Shown here one piece after another: positions 33,852 through 35,748 of a stretch of 35,748 bases of DNA. Source of the stretch: a virus (lineage: Duplodnaviria; Caudoviricetes); the IMG/VR virus record IMGVR_UViG_3300049381_000004, positions 1-35,748 of that record; one strand, 5' to 3'. Made by a program: the position numbers and the translations under genes. The notes under the pieces are model-generated. The model ran no database searches. It was not told the origin of the DNA and saw nothing but the letters and a program-made list of their open reading frames with translations. Position 1 is the first letter of the stretch. Every line of letters starts with the position of its first letter.

Positions 33852-34071
33852 TGATGGCTGCCTGCCTGGCCCAATCGCCTACCACGCCCCTGACATCCTC
33901 CAGTGTGAATCGTGTCACTGGACCCGCGGCAACTCGACCAAAAGCGGCAGATTGATTGCGCGCCCAGCGCGCCTCTGCAAACGGCTCAGTGAAATTGCCA
34001 ACTGATGTGAAAACTATTGGCCAATGCAGGCACGCATCCTGCAGTTGAGTGCAGTAATCGAAGCCAGTCAT
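33844..34071 (-). CDS. Hypothetical protein
   Basis: GGAGG SD in upstream region not clear; ATGA-coupled and overlaps the portal start. Confidence 0.55.
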   Translation of the reverse strand: MTGFDYCTQLQDACLHWPIVFTSVGNFTEPFAEARWARNQSAAFGRVAAGPVTRFTLEDVRGVVGDWARQAAINE

Positions 34072-34442
34072 TGCGCACCGCCGAGCAGCTCAATCGCCTG
34101 CTGTGCCAACCCCTGCTGCTGCCGCACCAGCTGCGCCAAGCGGCTCTCGCTGTCCATGGCACTGATGTGGGTAGAGGCAATCTGCTGGAGCAACTGTAGC
34201 GCCTGCGCAAGCGGCGCAGCTGCGGGACTCTGATAGCGAGGAGGAAGGTTGACCTGCATGCGATCGGTGCCGCCGCTCCAGTCCATCGGGACAGGCTTGA
34301 CCTTCGGCTTGTTCTTGCTGCCCTTCTTTCGGCCGCGGTGCTTTTTCTTGGGCAGACCAAGAATCCGGTTGCCAACCGCCACTGAATCATTGATGGCCTG
34401 CGTGACCTCTGGAGAGTCGAGAGCAAGAATTCTGTTGCTCAC
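34068..34442 (-). CDS. Hypothetical protein with basic AT-hook-like segment
   Basis: GGAGG + GTG 34442; KKKHRGRKKGSKNKPK; Gln/Ala-rich helical end. Confidence 0.7.
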   Translation of the reverse strand: MSNRILALDSPEVTQAINDSVAVGNRILGLPKKKHRGRKKGSKNKPKVKPVPMDWSGGTDRMQVNLPPRYQSPAAAPLAQALQLLQQIASTHISAMDSESRLAQLVRQQQGLAQQAIELLGGAQ

Positions 34443-34561
34443 GCAACCTCCGGCCAGTGCAGCCGCACGCTCGGGTGCCGGGATAGGACGATGGATGTCC
34501 CGCCGGTAGCCGCCACAGACGCGCCAACCAAGAACCGCAAGAAGGTGCGGCGGTTGGTCAT
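34439..34561 (-). CDS. 40-aa twin-arginine (Tat) signal-like peptide
   Basis: GAGGA SD; MTNRRTFLRFLVGASVAA. Confidence 0.6.
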   Translation of the reverse strand: MTNRRTFLRFLVGASVAATGGTSIVLSRHPSVRLHWPEVA

Positions 34562-34731
34562 GCTGCATTCCTCAGCGTCTGTCTCACCGAATACCACAGC
34601 ATGCGCGAGGCGGCAGGCCGGCCTGGCGGATACCACATCGGCTGCAGCGGCATGCCGGGACGGTCGTCGTAAAACTGCGCTTTCGGCGCCGGCCTAAGTG
34701 GTGGGTTTATCACCCGCGCATTCAATCAGAT

Positions 34732-34766
34732 TTTCTAAACGTTTGCTATATTTAAACGATTAGAAA
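34732..34766. promoter_or_regulatory. AT-rich inverted repeat (operator-like)
   Basis: TTTCTAAACGTTT-9 nt-AAACGATTAGAAA, 12/13 complementary. Confidence 0.55.
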
Positions 34767-35042
34767 CTCTAAAGGATCGATCAGCCAATGCCCTCGCCCC
34801 CAGTACTGATCCTGGCAGTTGTCGCAGGATCATCATGACCACCATCGGCTCGCACAGGCCGAAGACAACGCGGTTGAGTCGATCATCGATGTGTTGGAGC
34901 GCCCCGCCGCAGCATTGGCAGCCGGTGCGCACGTGGGTGCCGCCGATCGGGCTCAGGCTGAGGCGTCAGCGCACGATAGCTCAATCGTCCAATACACCCC
35001 CGGCGATTGACCTCATTTCATACGCCAAGCGTCCAAGCTGAC

Positions 35043-35748
35043 TTATCCCATCCACCCGCCAGCGCCCCCATTGGGCACGCGAGTCACGATCCTGGTCGGC
35101 GCCTTCTTGGCCAGTGGCCGCGCATGCCGGCGCATCATCATCGCGTACCGCGTCGCCGACATCAGGTCATCGGCTTTTTTGACGATGAGCCCATCCTGAC
35201 GGTGGTACAACATGAACTCCTCGAACCACTGCGCCAGGTGTGCGAACACCTTGAGCCGTCCTGTCTGCATGCGGTCGTACATCTCGGCGATGCCAGCCTC
35301 CACGCCATTGCTACCGTCCTCGAACGTGGCGCGCTCTGGGAGCATCGCGAGCCCTTGTTGCTTGTACTGCTTGGCCAGCTGCTCGCCCGATCCCTTGTCG
35401 TGCTGTAGGCCGTCGTGCGGCCATGCCCAGGGCAGCCACGAGCCCCAAGGGAGCACGGAGCTCGAGAACATTGCCGGCGTCTGCTGGCGCTGGCGATGGA
35501 CCGCCGTCACGTACAGCGTGTCGCTGTCTCGATCCCAGGCGAGTCGCGCCGCTGCGCTGGGGTGATCCCAGCCGAAATCGAGGCCGGCAATCTGCGGCCA
35601 GTGACTTGGAATCTCGATGGGCGCACAGCTGATCTCGTCCTGATCAATCGGGAACACGCGCCCGCTACCCATGACGGGGATACCCCGGGCCCGGGCATCG
35701 CGCTCATGAGCAGCGTACCCGGCAATGATCTCGGCGCGCTGCTCGGCG
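35043..35748 (-). CDS. terL: Terminase large subunit, C-terminal nuclease domain (5' partial)
   Basis: HERDARARGIPVMGSGRVFP, GLDFGWDHP, WAWPHDG.QH.KGSG, V.AGI..M..RM.TGRLKVF, DDLMSATRYA; frame open to window end. Confidence 0.96.
   Translation of the reverse strand, partial: AEQRAEIIAGYAAHERDARARGIPVMGSGRVFPIDQDEISCAPIEIPSHWPQIAGLDFGWDHPSAAARLAWDRDSDTLYVTAVHRQRQQTPAMFSSSVLPWGSWLPWAWPHDGLQHDKGSGEQLAKQYKQQGLAMLPERATFEDGSNGVEAGIAEMYDRMQTGRLKVFAHLAQWFEEFMLYHRQDGLIVKKADDLMSATRYAMMMRRHARPLAKKAPTRIVTRVPNGGAGGWMG

Larger units (their letters stand above)
1..35748. mobile_element. Temperate phage genome segment (P22-like head/tail/ejection module, lambda-like xis-int)
   Basis: TerL, portal, scaffold, coat, gp4/gp10-like, ejection proteins, tailspike, GH19 endolysin and tyrosine integrase in phage-typical order; no host housekeeping genes. 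Confidence 0.97.

Noticed and set aside
1-35748. tRNA, rRNA or IS/transposase genes
   Set aside because: No cloverleaf/T-loop signature or transposase motifs recognised

Overview
The whole window is temperate dsDNA phage DNA with a P22-like (podovirus) structural module. No host genes are visible. Left part (+ strand, 1-9697): a tightly coupled early/accessory operon with ninB-like, DUF1364, NADAR, DUF5131 bracketed by two HNH-type endonuclease genes, coiled-coil hypotheticals and DUF551, then lambda-like xis-int and a probable intact attP. Middle (9713-11482): a divergent cassette with an XRE regulator, an HNH gene and a near-consensus sigma70 promoter. Right part (- strand, read from the right end): TerL (partial), small ORFs, portal, scaffold, P22-type coat, accessory virion proteins, gp4- and gp10-like tail proteins, a sulfotransferase-fold + 2OG-Fe(II) hydroxylase pair, three ejection proteins, beta-helix tailspike, an opposite-strand SAM methyltransferase, membrane proteins, GH19 endolysin, holin, a lipoprotein and a signal-peptide-bearing beta-helix protein. 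Three observations stand out. (1) Both ends of DUF5131 appear to have been captured by endonuclease genes that supply recoded replacement ends. (2) The gp7-like ejection gene has no normal start and sits behind a uORF with an in-phase T_TTA_AAT slippery site plus hairpin/pseudoknot (candidate -1 frameshift). (3) A hydroxylase/sulfotransferase pair is embedded in the tail-ejection operon. All family calls are motif recognition by eye, not database searches.
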